This document shows, in pieces, positions 27,205-35,607 of a DNA stretch of 64,000 nt. The notes under the pieces were generated by a model. It was not told where the DNA came from, ran no database searches, and worked only from the letters and a program-made list of their open reading frames with translations. The stretch is taken from IMG/VR virus record IMGVR_UViG_3300033073_001572, positions 1-64,000 of that record; one strand, 5' to 3'. The stretch's first letter is position 1; the number at the start of each line of letters is the position of its first letter. The DNA is from a virus. Lineage: Duplodnaviria > Caudoviricetes. The translations under genes were made by a program, and so were the position numbers.

Positions 27205-27399
27205 GTGAACCTCCTATGCTCCGAATGCTTCCAATCCCCCGTCGGTGTCAGGCGTTCACTGGATTGGGCCTAATGTTAATTATCACTATACGTCAAATAA
27301 ATCTTCCTGTATAACGCTGTATGTGTCTGTGCCTCTTGCGGAAAATTCATATAAATCTACATTATCTCGAATTTAAATGTCACAGACGCAATTCAGATG

Positions 27400-28710
27400 T
27401 CAATTTTCCTTCTTTGACCGCTGGTCAGCCCAAATTGGCAGATACTCATAATAACGTTCGATCTGCTGGTCAAATTCTGCTTTTCTCGAGAGCAGGTCAG
27501 GAAACACGTCATAATATGCATTGATCATTGATGTCTTTACATCTCTATCAAGTGAAAAATTTGATCTTTCGGTTGATTGTGCCAATGTGATTCTCACGTC
27601 ATTGGGAGGAATGGGTTTGATGTCAACAGAAAAGCACTTGTAGAAAAGCGACTCAAACACCGAGACATACACGGGCTTGTCACCTACGACTTTGTCTCCG
27701 ATGTATTTCTTCATGAGCTGCAACGTCCCAAGATATGAATGGAAAAGATCAAGCTCATCTTCGGTCGGAATAGTGTCAAAGAGCAATTCAAATCCCTTTA
27801 CAGTCTCAAGAATAGTATCATCAGACACCTTGATATCCATGTAAACATCGATGTCATCGACTTTGCCCAGGAGCTCTCTTGCTTTTCTAAAGCCGTAATC
27901 CGTTGAAAAAGTGTAGAGTGTGATCTCATCTGAATCGCCTGACTTTGAGATCTTGATCTTGTCCTTCGTCGATGAAGGTGTTGCTTTCTTCCCAGGGACA
28001 CGTGTCAATTTTGAAGTAAGTGATGAGATTAGGTAGTTTTTTGCAAATCCCTTAATTCCTGACATCATGTCGATTGCGCTGGACCCGTGCGAGTGCACGA
28101 TCGATGAGTGCGGAACACCTTCTTCGGTGAATCGGGCTTTTACAAAGTCAATCTGCATGTTGATCTCAGCAGGCTCTCCAGACAACGGATCTTGAAAGTT
28201 ATAGACGAAAAGAGAGTTAATCTGGTTGCCCACAGCATCTTGATCAATTTGACCAACATAGTCAATGCTTCTGCTACCAGGAAGATCAATAACACGTTGA
28301 CCTTCCAGGTCCTGTAGCATCCTGAACAGGTTGACATATGAATCACGCGGTATGTAGACGTCAATATCGCCCAGCTTTTTCTTCTTTGTTGCAAATAGCT
28401 CGTCATTGCTACCCAGATCGAAGAAGACTGCAGAAGACCCACCAAATCCGGCTCCAGATAGAATTCTATCGATTGCATTGGGATCATACAAACTCTGTGC
28501 ATCTCCCAATGACGTTGTATATTCTAGGTAGCGTCTGTCGATGTCTCTGAAGAATTTGCGCATGTCATTAACGAATCTGTCACGCTGGACTTTTGCAACT
28601 TCAATCTTATCAGCCTGGCGTCCGCCAACTTGGACGTTTCCGCCCTCGTCAAGTTCAGCTTCTTTTGATTCTTGAAGGAATGCCTTGATAAATCGTCTTA
28701 TTGTGTTCAT
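27400..28710 (-). CDS. Pol-beta/PolX-superfamily nucleotidyltransferase-like protein
   Basis: GFGGSS...LGDIDV (hDhD at 28357-28371), a third acidic residue in MQIDF, and a downstream FSTDYGFR segment. Confidence 0.6.
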   Translation of the reverse strand: MNTIRRFIKAFLQESKEAELDEGGNVQVGGRQADKIEVAKVQRDRFVNDMRKFFRDIDRRYLEYTTSLGDAQSLYDPNAIDRILSGAGFGGSSAVFFDLGSNDELFATKKKKLGDIDVYIPRDSYVNLFRMLQDLEGQRVIDLPGSRSIDYVGQIDQDAVGNQINSLFVYNFQDPLSGEPAEINMQIDFVKARFTEEGVPHSSIVHSHGSSAIDMMSGIKGFAKNYLISSLTSKLTRVPGKKATPSSTKDKIKISKSGDSDEITLYTFSTDYGFRKARELLGKVDDIDVYMDIKVSDDTILETVKGFELLFDTIPTEDELDLFHSYLGTLQLMKKYIGDKVVGDKPVYVSVFESLFYKCFSVDIKPIPPNDVRITLAQSTERSNFSLDRDVKTSMINAYYDVFPDLLSRKAEFDQQIERYYEYLPIWADQRSKKEN

Positions 28711-28778
28711 GTTATTATGTATTTCTTTGGAAAGAACTTTGTTAATAACACGAATCTTTCAAATTGCAAACAACAAAA

Positions 28779-28800
28779 CGGCCACCCCGAAGGGTGGCCG
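28779..28800 (-). terminator. UUCG-tetraloop terminator after the major capsid gene
   Basis: Minus strand reads CGGCCACCC-TTCG-GGGTGGCCG-TTTTGTTG. Confidence 0.85.
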
Positions 28801-28823
28801 CCTGTTGCCCGTCGGCTAGAACA

Positions 28824-30746
28824 TCAGATGATGTTGAGGTCGAGGACGGTTACGGTGCCGTAGAAGTCGCTGCGGACCATCTTCTTGCCGTAGCGAGTCA
28901 TCACGCCCTTACGTGGGGTGAAGTCCTCGGGAGCGAAGATGGTGGGAGTGACGATCAGTGGGACGTAAGGAGCGTAGACGTAGCCGGTCTCGAGGTAGCT
29001 ACCACCCTTGTAACCGATGAGGATCTTGTTACGTGGGAAGTAGGGGTCCTTGTAGACGGTGAAGCGGTTGGAGAGGCTGCCGATGGGTGTTGCACCGATC
29101 GAGAAGCTGGAACCGACCTGGCCCTGGCCGTCGAGGCTGTAGCTGGGCTTGTAGAGAACCGAAGCCTCGAGGATCGTGGCCACGTCTGGTGAAACCACCA
29201 TGAAGTTGGCTGAGCCACGGAGGGTCTTGCGGTGGATCTCATTGGCGACGTCGATGACGGTCTCGGTGAGGGTCTCGTACCACTCGCGGACGGTGCCAGT
29301 GAACTGGGGACCGGGGTTGAGAGTGGAGCTACGAGCGATCTCTGCACCGGTGGCCTTGTTGACGAACTTGCCTGGTGAACGTGACCAGTAGTAGTTGGCG
29401 CCGTTGGCCTGGGTGAGAAGGTCGTTGAGGATCTCACGGTCGATCTCGAGAGCGATCTGCTCTGAGAGGATCTGAGTGAGCTCAACCTCAGCGTCGAGGC
29501 TGTGGTAAGCGTTCAGGTCCTGTGCGAGCTCTGGTGACCAGCGAGCACGGAGCTTACGGGTCGAAGCTGTGACCGCGATGGACTCGATCTTGATGTCGAT
29601 CTCGGGGATGATTGGGGTTGGTGCTGCTGCGAAATTCGACTCGAAGGAGGGAATGACGAGAGTGTCACCGGAGGCGCCTGGTGTTGCAAATGCGTCTGCG
29701 ATTGCGAACGATGCGCTGAGGTTGACAGAAGTGCCGAGACCGTCAACGAGTGCACCTGAGACGACTGTGAGAACAACGGTGGAGGTCAGGGTTGTGTCTG
29801 CGAGTGCGTTTGGTGTGAAGACGCTGCCGTTCCATGTGCCGAGCTGGTTAAGACGACGGACGTTGACGAGGTTCTGGCCGCCCTGCATGGTGTCAGGGAT
29901 GACTGCAAGACCTGCTGTTGCAAGATCGCCGGAGAAGAGTGAGACATCCTTGACCTGGGTTGCATCGAAATTGATGCCGCTGCCGGCGGTGAGGGAGTCT
30001 GCACGGACCATGACGAACTGGAACTGACCGGCGCCGTCAAGTGCGCCATCAGCAGCGTCAGCCTCGATTAGGTTGGCGACCTGTGGGTCGAACTGGAGGA
30101 GGATGCCGTCAGAGCCGGTGGCGAAGGCGTTGACACCTGACTGCCATGCTGCGGTGCCTGCGTAGGCGCCCTTTGCTACAATGTTAACGCTGTTTGTCTT
30201 CTTGTGCACCTTGGTGAAGGTGGTGCCAACGAGGTCGTACTGGCCACCGGTGGCGAGTGAGCCGCTCTGGATGCCCTTGCCGGTTGGGTTCTGGTAGATT
30301 GACTGACCGGCCTTGTAGGTAGCTGCGCCGCCTGCAGGAATCTCACCTGTCTGGAGGTCAGCATTGCCACCGACGTCGGTACCGTAGGTGTAGTCTAGGT
30401 AGAAGAGGAGGCCGGATGGGAGGCTCATGGGCTGGATGGAGACGAGCTCGTTTGCCACGAGACCGCCGAATACGCGGCGGACGATGGGGAATGCGATCGA
30501 GGTGAAACCACGGAGGTCGCCTGAGGATGCGAGGTTGCCGCCGCCCTGTGAGAGGCTGTTGCTCTCACGGAGGACCTGGGCTGCCTGGTTCTCGAGGAGG
30601 CGAGCCATATTGTCGCGCTTGACGCCGTCGAGGCCGCGAAGGAGGCCGGTGCGGGTCCATTTCTCAACGAGGCGTGTACCTTCCGCGCTGTTGTTGCGGT
30701 CGGTGATTCCCTCGGTGAGCGTCTTGAGAGAGAATGACTTTGACAT
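28824..30746 (-). CDS. gp23: Major capsid protein, T4 gp23-like
   Basis: LLENQA, AFPIVRRVF, LVSIQPMSLPSGLLFYLD, RKLRARWSPELAQDL, EQIALEIDREI, GYKG, GYVYAPYVPL and PRKGVMTRYG. Confidence 0.97.
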   Translation of the reverse strand: MSKSFSLKTLTEGITDRNNSAEGTRLVEKWTRTGLLRGLDGVKRDNMARLLENQAAQVLRESNSLSQGGGNLASSGDLRGFTSIAFPIVRRVFGGLVANELVSIQPMSLPSGLLFYLDYTYGTDVGGNADLQTGEIPAGGAATYKAGQSIYQNPTGKGIQSGSLATGGQYDLVGTTFTKVHKKTNSVNIVAKGAYAGTAAWQSGVNAFATGSDGILLQFDPQVANLIEADAADGALDGAGQFQFVMVRADSLTAGSGINFDATQVKDVSLFSGDLATAGLAVIPDTMQGGQNLVNVRRLNQLGTWNGSVFTPNALADTTLTSTVVLTVVSGALVDGLGTSVNLSASFAIADAFATPGASGDTLVIPSFESNFAAAPTPIIPEIDIKIESIAVTASTRKLRARWSPELAQDLNAYHSLDAEVELTQILSEQIALEIDREILNDLLTQANGANYYWSRSPGKFVNKATGAEIARSSTLNPGPQFTGTVREWYETLTETVIDVANEIHRKTLRGSANFMVVSPDVATILEASVLYKPSYSLDGQGQVGSSFSIGATPIGSLSNRFTVYKDPYFPRNKILIGYKGGSYLETGYVYAPYVPLIVTPTIFAPEDFTPRKGVMTRYGKKMVRSDFYGTVTVLDLNII

Positions 30747-30767
30747 ATTGAATACTCCTTAAATGAT

Positions 30768-32105
30768 TTATCTAAGACCGGCTAGAGTTGCCCAACGGTC
30801 GAGGGCTGTGCCCTCATTGAGATTGGTGGCTCCGCCTGATGTTATTGGGCGTGATGCATTACCGGGTGAAAGTCTGTGTGCAGACTCATTGATCTGTGCG
30901 GGATTGCGACGATCAAGTGACTCGGACATGCTCTTGTAAAGAAGCTTGGCTTCACGAAGATTCTTTGCACCGTCAAGAGCCTCGACTACGGCACGACGTT
31001 GCGACGACGTGATTTCCCTGTCGGATGTTAGCTTGTTGACGTAAAGAAGCTTAGCGTTGAAGAGGTTAAGCTCGGAAAGTTGCTCACGGAGCGTTTCAAT
31101 ACCGTTCCTGTATTCGTTGAGCTGCTGCTGGAGGGCACGATTCTTGCGGACCTCATTTTCATATGATTCCTTAAGCTTGGCGAATTTGTTCAAAACAACC
31201 TCGTCCATGTCTTTAAGGTCGCCCCCACCAAAGGCCTTAGCAGCTGCCTTGGGTCCGGGCATATTTTTCATCTTTGTCTCTTTGGTAGCCTTCTTTGCCT
31301 CACGAAGTGATGCAATTGCGTCACGAAGAAGATTCTCGTCGATCTCAAAGACCATACCTTCGTCGGCGGCTTCATCGGGTGCTGCCTCGCCTTCTTCCTC
31401 GGCGCCGGGTTCAGGTGTAATAACTTCTTCTTCGGCTGGAGGCTCCTCAAGCGTGACATCTTCCTCTTCCTCATCGGATGGGCCTACGATCACAGTGTAG
31501 GGATTCTCAGCGTCGAGCGTGATGTCCTTGCCGAAGTCAATGGTGATCTTATCCTCATTGAGATCGTCAAGATCAAGTTCGAACATTTCAGCTGTGTTCT
31601 TATTCATCTTGTTGACTCCTGACGTCTCTTTTGACATCTTGTTCTGTGCATTACTAACTGCCTCTGTCTTAACAGCCCCAGAGGTGTGGGATTCTGGATT
31701 CTTGGCAAGATTCAAAAGAGCCTGTTTCTCATTTGAAGAAAGCATCTCAAATGCCTCCTTTAATGCGTCCATCTCTGATTCTTTGCCGTTATTTCGATTA
31801 GCAACAAGGTCGATAAGTGCTGTGAGTGCCGACTCATTAAGTTCGACAACATCATCATCTTCCATGACATGCTTAGCTTTGCTAGGTGGAATAATGACAT
31901 CTTCGTCACTTTCTTCGTTCAACGAAGAAAAGATAAAATCATCATCTGCTGCGAAATCATTTGACTCGTTTGTAAGCTGCTGCTCGATGAACTCTTTGAT
32001 TCTTGGAGTGACTGCTTCAACAATGGCCTTTTTCGCATTTTGTTCGGCAACTTCTCGCAGTTGCTTAGCATCTGCTATTGCTTCCTCGAACAGCGATCTC
32101 GACAT
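30768..32105 (-). CDS. Prohead scaffolding/core protein (gp22-like)
   Basis: Acidic coiled-coil protein directly upstream of the MCP; N-terminal LFEEAIADAKQLRE; C-terminal LNLFNAKLLYVNKL...RWATLAGL; many L/I-x-E sites. Confidence 0.75.
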   Translation of the reverse strand: MSRSLFEEAIADAKQLREVAEQNAKKAIVEAVTPRIKEFIEQQLTNESNDFAADDDFIFSSLNEESDEDVIIPPSKAKHVMEDDDVVELNESALTALIDLVANRNNGKESEMDALKEAFEMLSSNEKQALLNLAKNPESHTSGAVKTEAVSNAQNKMSKETSGVNKMNKNTAEMFELDLDDLNEDKITIDFGKDITLDAENPYTVIVGPSDEEEEDVTLEEPPAEEEVITPEPGAEEEGEAAPDEAADEGMVFEIDENLLRDAIASLREAKKATKETKMKNMPGPKAAAKAFGGGDLKDMDEVVLNKFAKLKESYENEVRKNRALQQQLNEYRNGIETLREQLSELNLFNAKLLYVNKLTSDREITSSQRRAVVEALDGAKNLREAKLLYKSMSESLDRRNPAQINESAHRLSPGNASRPITSGGATNLNEGTALDRWATLAGLR

Positions 32106-32125
32106 ATAATCTCCTACTCAAACTT

Positions 32126-32132
32126 TAATTAT
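32126..32132 (-). promoter_or_regulatory. ATANTTA motif (ATAATTA) before the scaffold-MCP operon
   Basis: Followed by an AGGAG SD and the ATG at 32105. Confidence 0.6.
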
Positions 32133-32136
32133 AATG

Positions 32137-32700
32137 TTAGTCTGATTCTTGACTCGATAATTTTATCATTAAATTGGCTTTAGCTAATGATCTCATAGAG
32201 GGATCTATTAAATCATTGATGTGCCGCATCTCAATTTTGTCACCAAGCGGATCATAATTTTGTGCTTGAGACCAGCCCCTGATTGTAGATTTTAGATTTT
32301 TACCTGGTGCTGTTGTATATGCAGCATTGGTTTTAAACCCACCCATGGCAGGTCCTGTGAATTTTCCATAAATTTGAGAAAAAGGAAATGGAACCATACC
32401 TTGCATTATATGCGTATCTTCGGATGATTCCATTAAATCTAGGCGCATTTTTGTAAAAGATGAACGATCTGTTCTTCCAGATGTTGCACCTTTTGCAATG
32501 TTTGAAAGACCGATCTTTCTCGATATATCATCAAACATGTCATCGTAATCAAACTCGACGTCATCGACGTCTTCGGATTTTTCATAATAGGGATATGTTG
32601 ATTGAGCAGGATAGCTAATTCCAGAAGATTTGGCAACGGTTGTGCCGTAACCCGCTCCAGAATTAGCATCCCCTAGCCTATTATGAACAACCTTGAACAT
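32137..32700 (-). CDS. Hypothetical protein in the head module
   Basis: 187-aa ORF whose start abuts the upstream stop; Gly-rich motifs. Confidence 0.6.
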   Translation of the reverse strand: MFKVVHNRLGDANSGAGYGTTVAKSSGISYPAQSTYPYYEKSEDVDDVEFDYDDMFDDISRKIGLSNIAKGATSGRTDRSSFTKMRLDLMESSEDTHIMQGMVPFPFSQIYGKFTGPAMGGFKTNAAYTTAPGKNLKSTIRGWSQAQNYDPLGDKIEMRHINDLIDPSMRSLAKANLMIKLSSQESD

Positions 32701-33272
32701 CAGCCGCTGTAAGCTCCGATGCTATTGATATACGACTTGCCTGAAATGTATGAACCAATTTTCTGTTCAGTGATTGCAGGTGTCGATTCATTTGGAGCAA
32801 GTGCAGTTCCCAATCCGACACCATACTGGTCATTTCTTGCAGGTGGTGTGCCTGTGTATGCAGGTTGATCACTTGGATATGTGCTACCAGGTCCAGGTGA
32901 TGCAAGATTTGGAACCCAAGCTGACGTTGGCCTTCCGCCTTCAGTAAACTTAGCAGGATCTGAAATATCTGCATTGACATCATCGTAGCTTGGTGCACCT
33001 GTAAAGTTAAGATTTACAGGTGCGGGAAAACCGTAATACGCTGTTGTGTCATTGATTGACCCATTTGTGATTCCAACGCCGGGAATGGAATCACCTGGGC
33101 CTCCTGCACCATTTAGAACAGATTGACCTGCATTTAAAACGGTTGTGGGATTATATTCAGCATTCAGTGGTGATCTAAACATCGCGCGGAGGTTTGTGTC
33201 ATTCCGCATGCCTGGACCACCTGTCCTTACGCCTCCATCGGGCGCAACTGTCGCTGTCCTCATTGATGACAT
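32700..33272 (-). CDS. Hypothetical Gly/Pro/Thr-rich protein in the head module
   Basis: 190-aa ORF with GGAGG SD; extended-type composition. Confidence 0.6.
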   Translation of the reverse strand: MSSMRTATVAPDGGVRTGGPGMRNDTNLRAMFRSPLNAEYNPTTVLNAGQSVLNGAGGPGDSIPGVGITNGSINDTTAYYGFPAPVNLNFTGAPSYDDVNADISDPAKFTEGGRPTSAWVPNLASPGPGSTYPSDQPAYTGTPPARNDQYGVGLGTALAPNESTPAITEQKIGSYISGKSYINSIGAYSG

Positions 33273-33290
33273 TTAAACCTCCTTTAAAAA

Positions 33291-33614
33291 TCACTGACGT
33301 GAAAGAATCTTCTTGCGGAGAGCAGTCTTCTGCTCACGCACTACAGCGAGACGTGCCTCGAGAGACTCCTCGAGCTTCTTGAGGGTCTTGTAACCCTCAA
33401 CGTCTCCGGCGCCGTGGCCGTCCTGCTTCACCTTGTTGCCGGTTGCGTGTGTGCGCTTCTCGGCGTGGGGTGGAGCGTCGCTCCAATCAGCCTCATCCAT
33501 ATCCATTTCGAGATCCTTGAGCTTGGCCTTGTCAAGATTGGAGGTCTCGAGCTTCTGCTTCTCCTCAAGAACAAGCTTCTTGAGCATATTTGGTGTAAGT
33601 TTAACTACTGGCAT
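33291..33614 (-). CDS. Small charged prohead-core-like protein
   Basis: 107 aa; strongly biased GC-ending codons; GGAG SD and ATACTTA motif upstream; N-terminal LKKLVLEE. Confidence 0.6.
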   Translation of the reverse strand: MPVVKLTPNMLKKLVLEEKQKLETSNLDKAKLKDLEMDMDEADWSDAPPHAEKRTHATGNKVKQDGHGAGDVEGYKTLKKLEESLEARLAVVREQKTALRKKILSRQ

Positions 33615-33661
33615 AATAATCTCCTAGTGGGGTCAAATTATAAGTATTTCATAGCTGTCAA

Positions 33662-34150
33662 TTAGACGCCTACCTTTTTCTCAGAAAAGGCGAGCGTGGC
33701 CCATTTTGATGACATGTCACCAAAAACATCTGCAGGATCACTTCTTAACATTGTTTTTGCTGCAGCATCACCTGAACTTTCAACCATTACCTGATGGTCA
33801 TTTGCACTCATGCGTGTCTCTTCAACAATTTGTGTCCCGCGGAGTGCAGTATCTGCTAGCATTTCCTGAATGATGGGATCATGTGATGCAGCATTGATAG
33901 AATTTCTGTCGATTAAATTGCGTTGTGTTGGCGTTGCACTCTTTGGAAGAAATGACATTCTATCTGCCATCGCAGCTCTTGGATTCTGTGCCTGTCTTCC
34001 TGCAACATGTGTCTCGCCCTTCAGTGAAGCCTTCCTAGACTCAGCAAGCGCCTGTGTCGTAGATGTAAGTCCCTCACTAAGGATTTCAACAAGGCATTCT
34101 TTCACTATGCCTTTAAGGTCGTCTCTAGATAATTTCATTTCACTTTCCAC
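33662..34150 (-). CDS. Hypothetical head-module protein
   Basis: N-terminal KLSRDDLKGIVKECLVEILSEG; C-terminal SSKWATLAF resembles the scaffold end RWATLAG. Confidence 0.6.
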   Translation of the reverse strand: MESEMKLSRDDLKGIVKECLVEILSEGLTSTTQALAESRKASLKGETHVAGRQAQNPRAAMADRMSFLPKSATPTQRNLIDRNSINAASHDPIIQEMLADTALRGTQIVEETRMSANDHQVMVESSGDAAAKTMLRSDPADVFGDMSSKWATLAFSEKKVGV

Positions 34151-34740
34151 GCCATGATATCGTTGAAAATTCTATCAATTCTATCAGACTTATTAAACGT
34201 ATTTCTCAAATCTTTTGGTGAAATGACTCTTGATTCATTGATAAATGCGCCTGGTGTGCTAGGCTCTGAGACGATATCAAAGCAAATGAGTTGGAAGTCT
34301 TCTTGAACAATGAGCGCGCTACCTTGCTGCTTTGTTGATCCCACACCTCTGCTGGAAATCCCAAGTGTAACGCCCGATTCAACTAAGCTCTGAAGGATTT
34401 TACCGCTGGGTGTGTCAAGAAGCTCAACAACACCGTAAACGTCATCTCCTTCCATTCTTGCTTCTTTGATAAGATGTGAAGCATTCTTAAGTTCGACGAC
34501 AGATGTGTCTGGGTGATCGCACTCACCTAATGCACGATTCTCTCTTATGAACTTTTGGTAGTTGATAATTTCTCTTTCAAGAATACCCCTTGGATAGATT
34601 CTACCGTTCTGGTTTAGTGTATCGGCTCGTTGAATAATTCCCTTGAGCATGATTTTTCCGCCATTAAGAGCGCGTGACTCTTTAATGACCTGTGCGCTGT
34701 ATGTGAGCGGTGTCCACTCTTTGAGAAGTGTCATAGACAT
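34135..34740 (-). CDS. gp21: Prohead protease (T4 gp21 / U9-like)
   Basis: LKGIIQRADTLNQNGRIYP, ALGECDHP, ASHLI, LGISSRGVGS and FDIVSEPSTPGAF. Confidence 0.93.
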   Translation of the reverse strand: MSMTLLKEWTPLTYSAQVIKESRALNGGKIMLKGIIQRADTLNQNGRIYPRGILEREIINYQKFIRENRALGECDHPDTSVVELKNASHLIKEARMEGDDVYGVVELLDTPSGKILQSLVESGVTLGISSRGVGSTKQQGSALIVQEDFQLICFDIVSEPSTPGAFINESRVISPKDLRNTFNKSDRIDRIFNDIMAWKVK

Positions 34741-34743
34741 TTA

Positions 34744-35583
34744 CTATTTCTCCTTCATTTCGTTGATAAGCTGTGTTAGTGTCATTAATTTGATAATTTT
34801 ATCATCATCAATTGACATAAAGTCAGCTTCTTTGACTAATGTTTCAACCGCATCGATCTTTTCAAGGATGATTGGATTTCTTTCAGACTTACGAATTGAA
34901 GCAATTTCTCTCAATGCATTCGCTTGAATCTCAAGTGCACGCGTCTTTATTGAAATTCCGCCGTCATTTTCAATTGAAAAAACGTATTCTTTTATCAGCG
35001 TTTTCTGGTCATTTGTCAATGAAGTTGAGTATTTTTCATTAAATTTCTCATTCATGATTTTGACAACAAGGCTGTCGACATTATGTGTTTCTTCAAAAGA
35101 AACTGCTTCTTCTTCTCTTGGAGTTGTAAGCCATTCAATCATTTTTGTCTCAAGGAGGACCATCTCTGTTAGATTTGATCTGTCACCTTCGGCCCAAGCA
35201 TTCAAAAGATTTTGAATTGTTGCATATGTTCGATAGGAGGGAACCTTACGATGATAAAAATTAACGTCAGCAAGCGTGTAATTTATCTCTCTAATTAGCT
35301 CTGACTTTTCTTTGATTAATTTCTTTGAGTCAAATCTACGTGATGCATTTTTTGACTCAGTTAGAATTGCTGCCGCAATTGATGTGTCTCCGACTGAAGA
35401 CTTTGCAAGTGCATTAAACAATCTAAATTCGCGATAGAGTTCAGTGTTCTTATTGTAGAATTTAGAGATAATATCGAGTGCATTTTGAGCACGATCTCTG
35501 TTATTTTCAACAAGATAAGCTGAAACAGCTCTAACTAGAAGTTCGTAAATAATTCCAACATTTCTTTTCTTATTGTGATTCAT
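34744..35583 (-). CDS. Hypothetical helical protein between portal and protease
   Basis: 279-aa intact ORF starting HNKKRNVGIIYELL, tightly packed in the head operon. Confidence 0.65.
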   Translation of the reverse strand: MNHNKKRNVGIIYELLVRAVSAYLVENNRDRAQNALDIISKFYNKNTELYREFRLFNALAKSSVGDTSIAAAILTESKNASRRFDSKKLIKEKSELIREINYTLADVNFYHRKVPSYRTYATIQNLLNAWAEGDRSNLTEMVLLETKMIEWLTTPREEEAVSFEETHNVDSLVVKIMNEKFNEKYSTSLTNDQKTLIKEYVFSIENDGGISIKTRALEIQANALREIASIRKSERNPIILEKIDAVETLVKEADFMSIDDDKIIKLMTLTQLINEMKEK

Positions 35584-35607
35584 GTTACTCCCCTGACGTA
35601 TTTCAAC

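Noticed and set aside
27320-27390. GTCTGTG...CACAGAC inverted repeat suggesting an ncRNA
   Set aside because: Only 7 bp with a long AT-rich loop and no further supporting structure. This is too weak to report.
28955-30667. Alternate-frame minus-strand ORFs inside the MCP (up to 176 aa)
   Set aside because: These are Ser/Pro/Arg/Thr-rich by-products of the MCP's strong C-ending codon bias, with no RBS.
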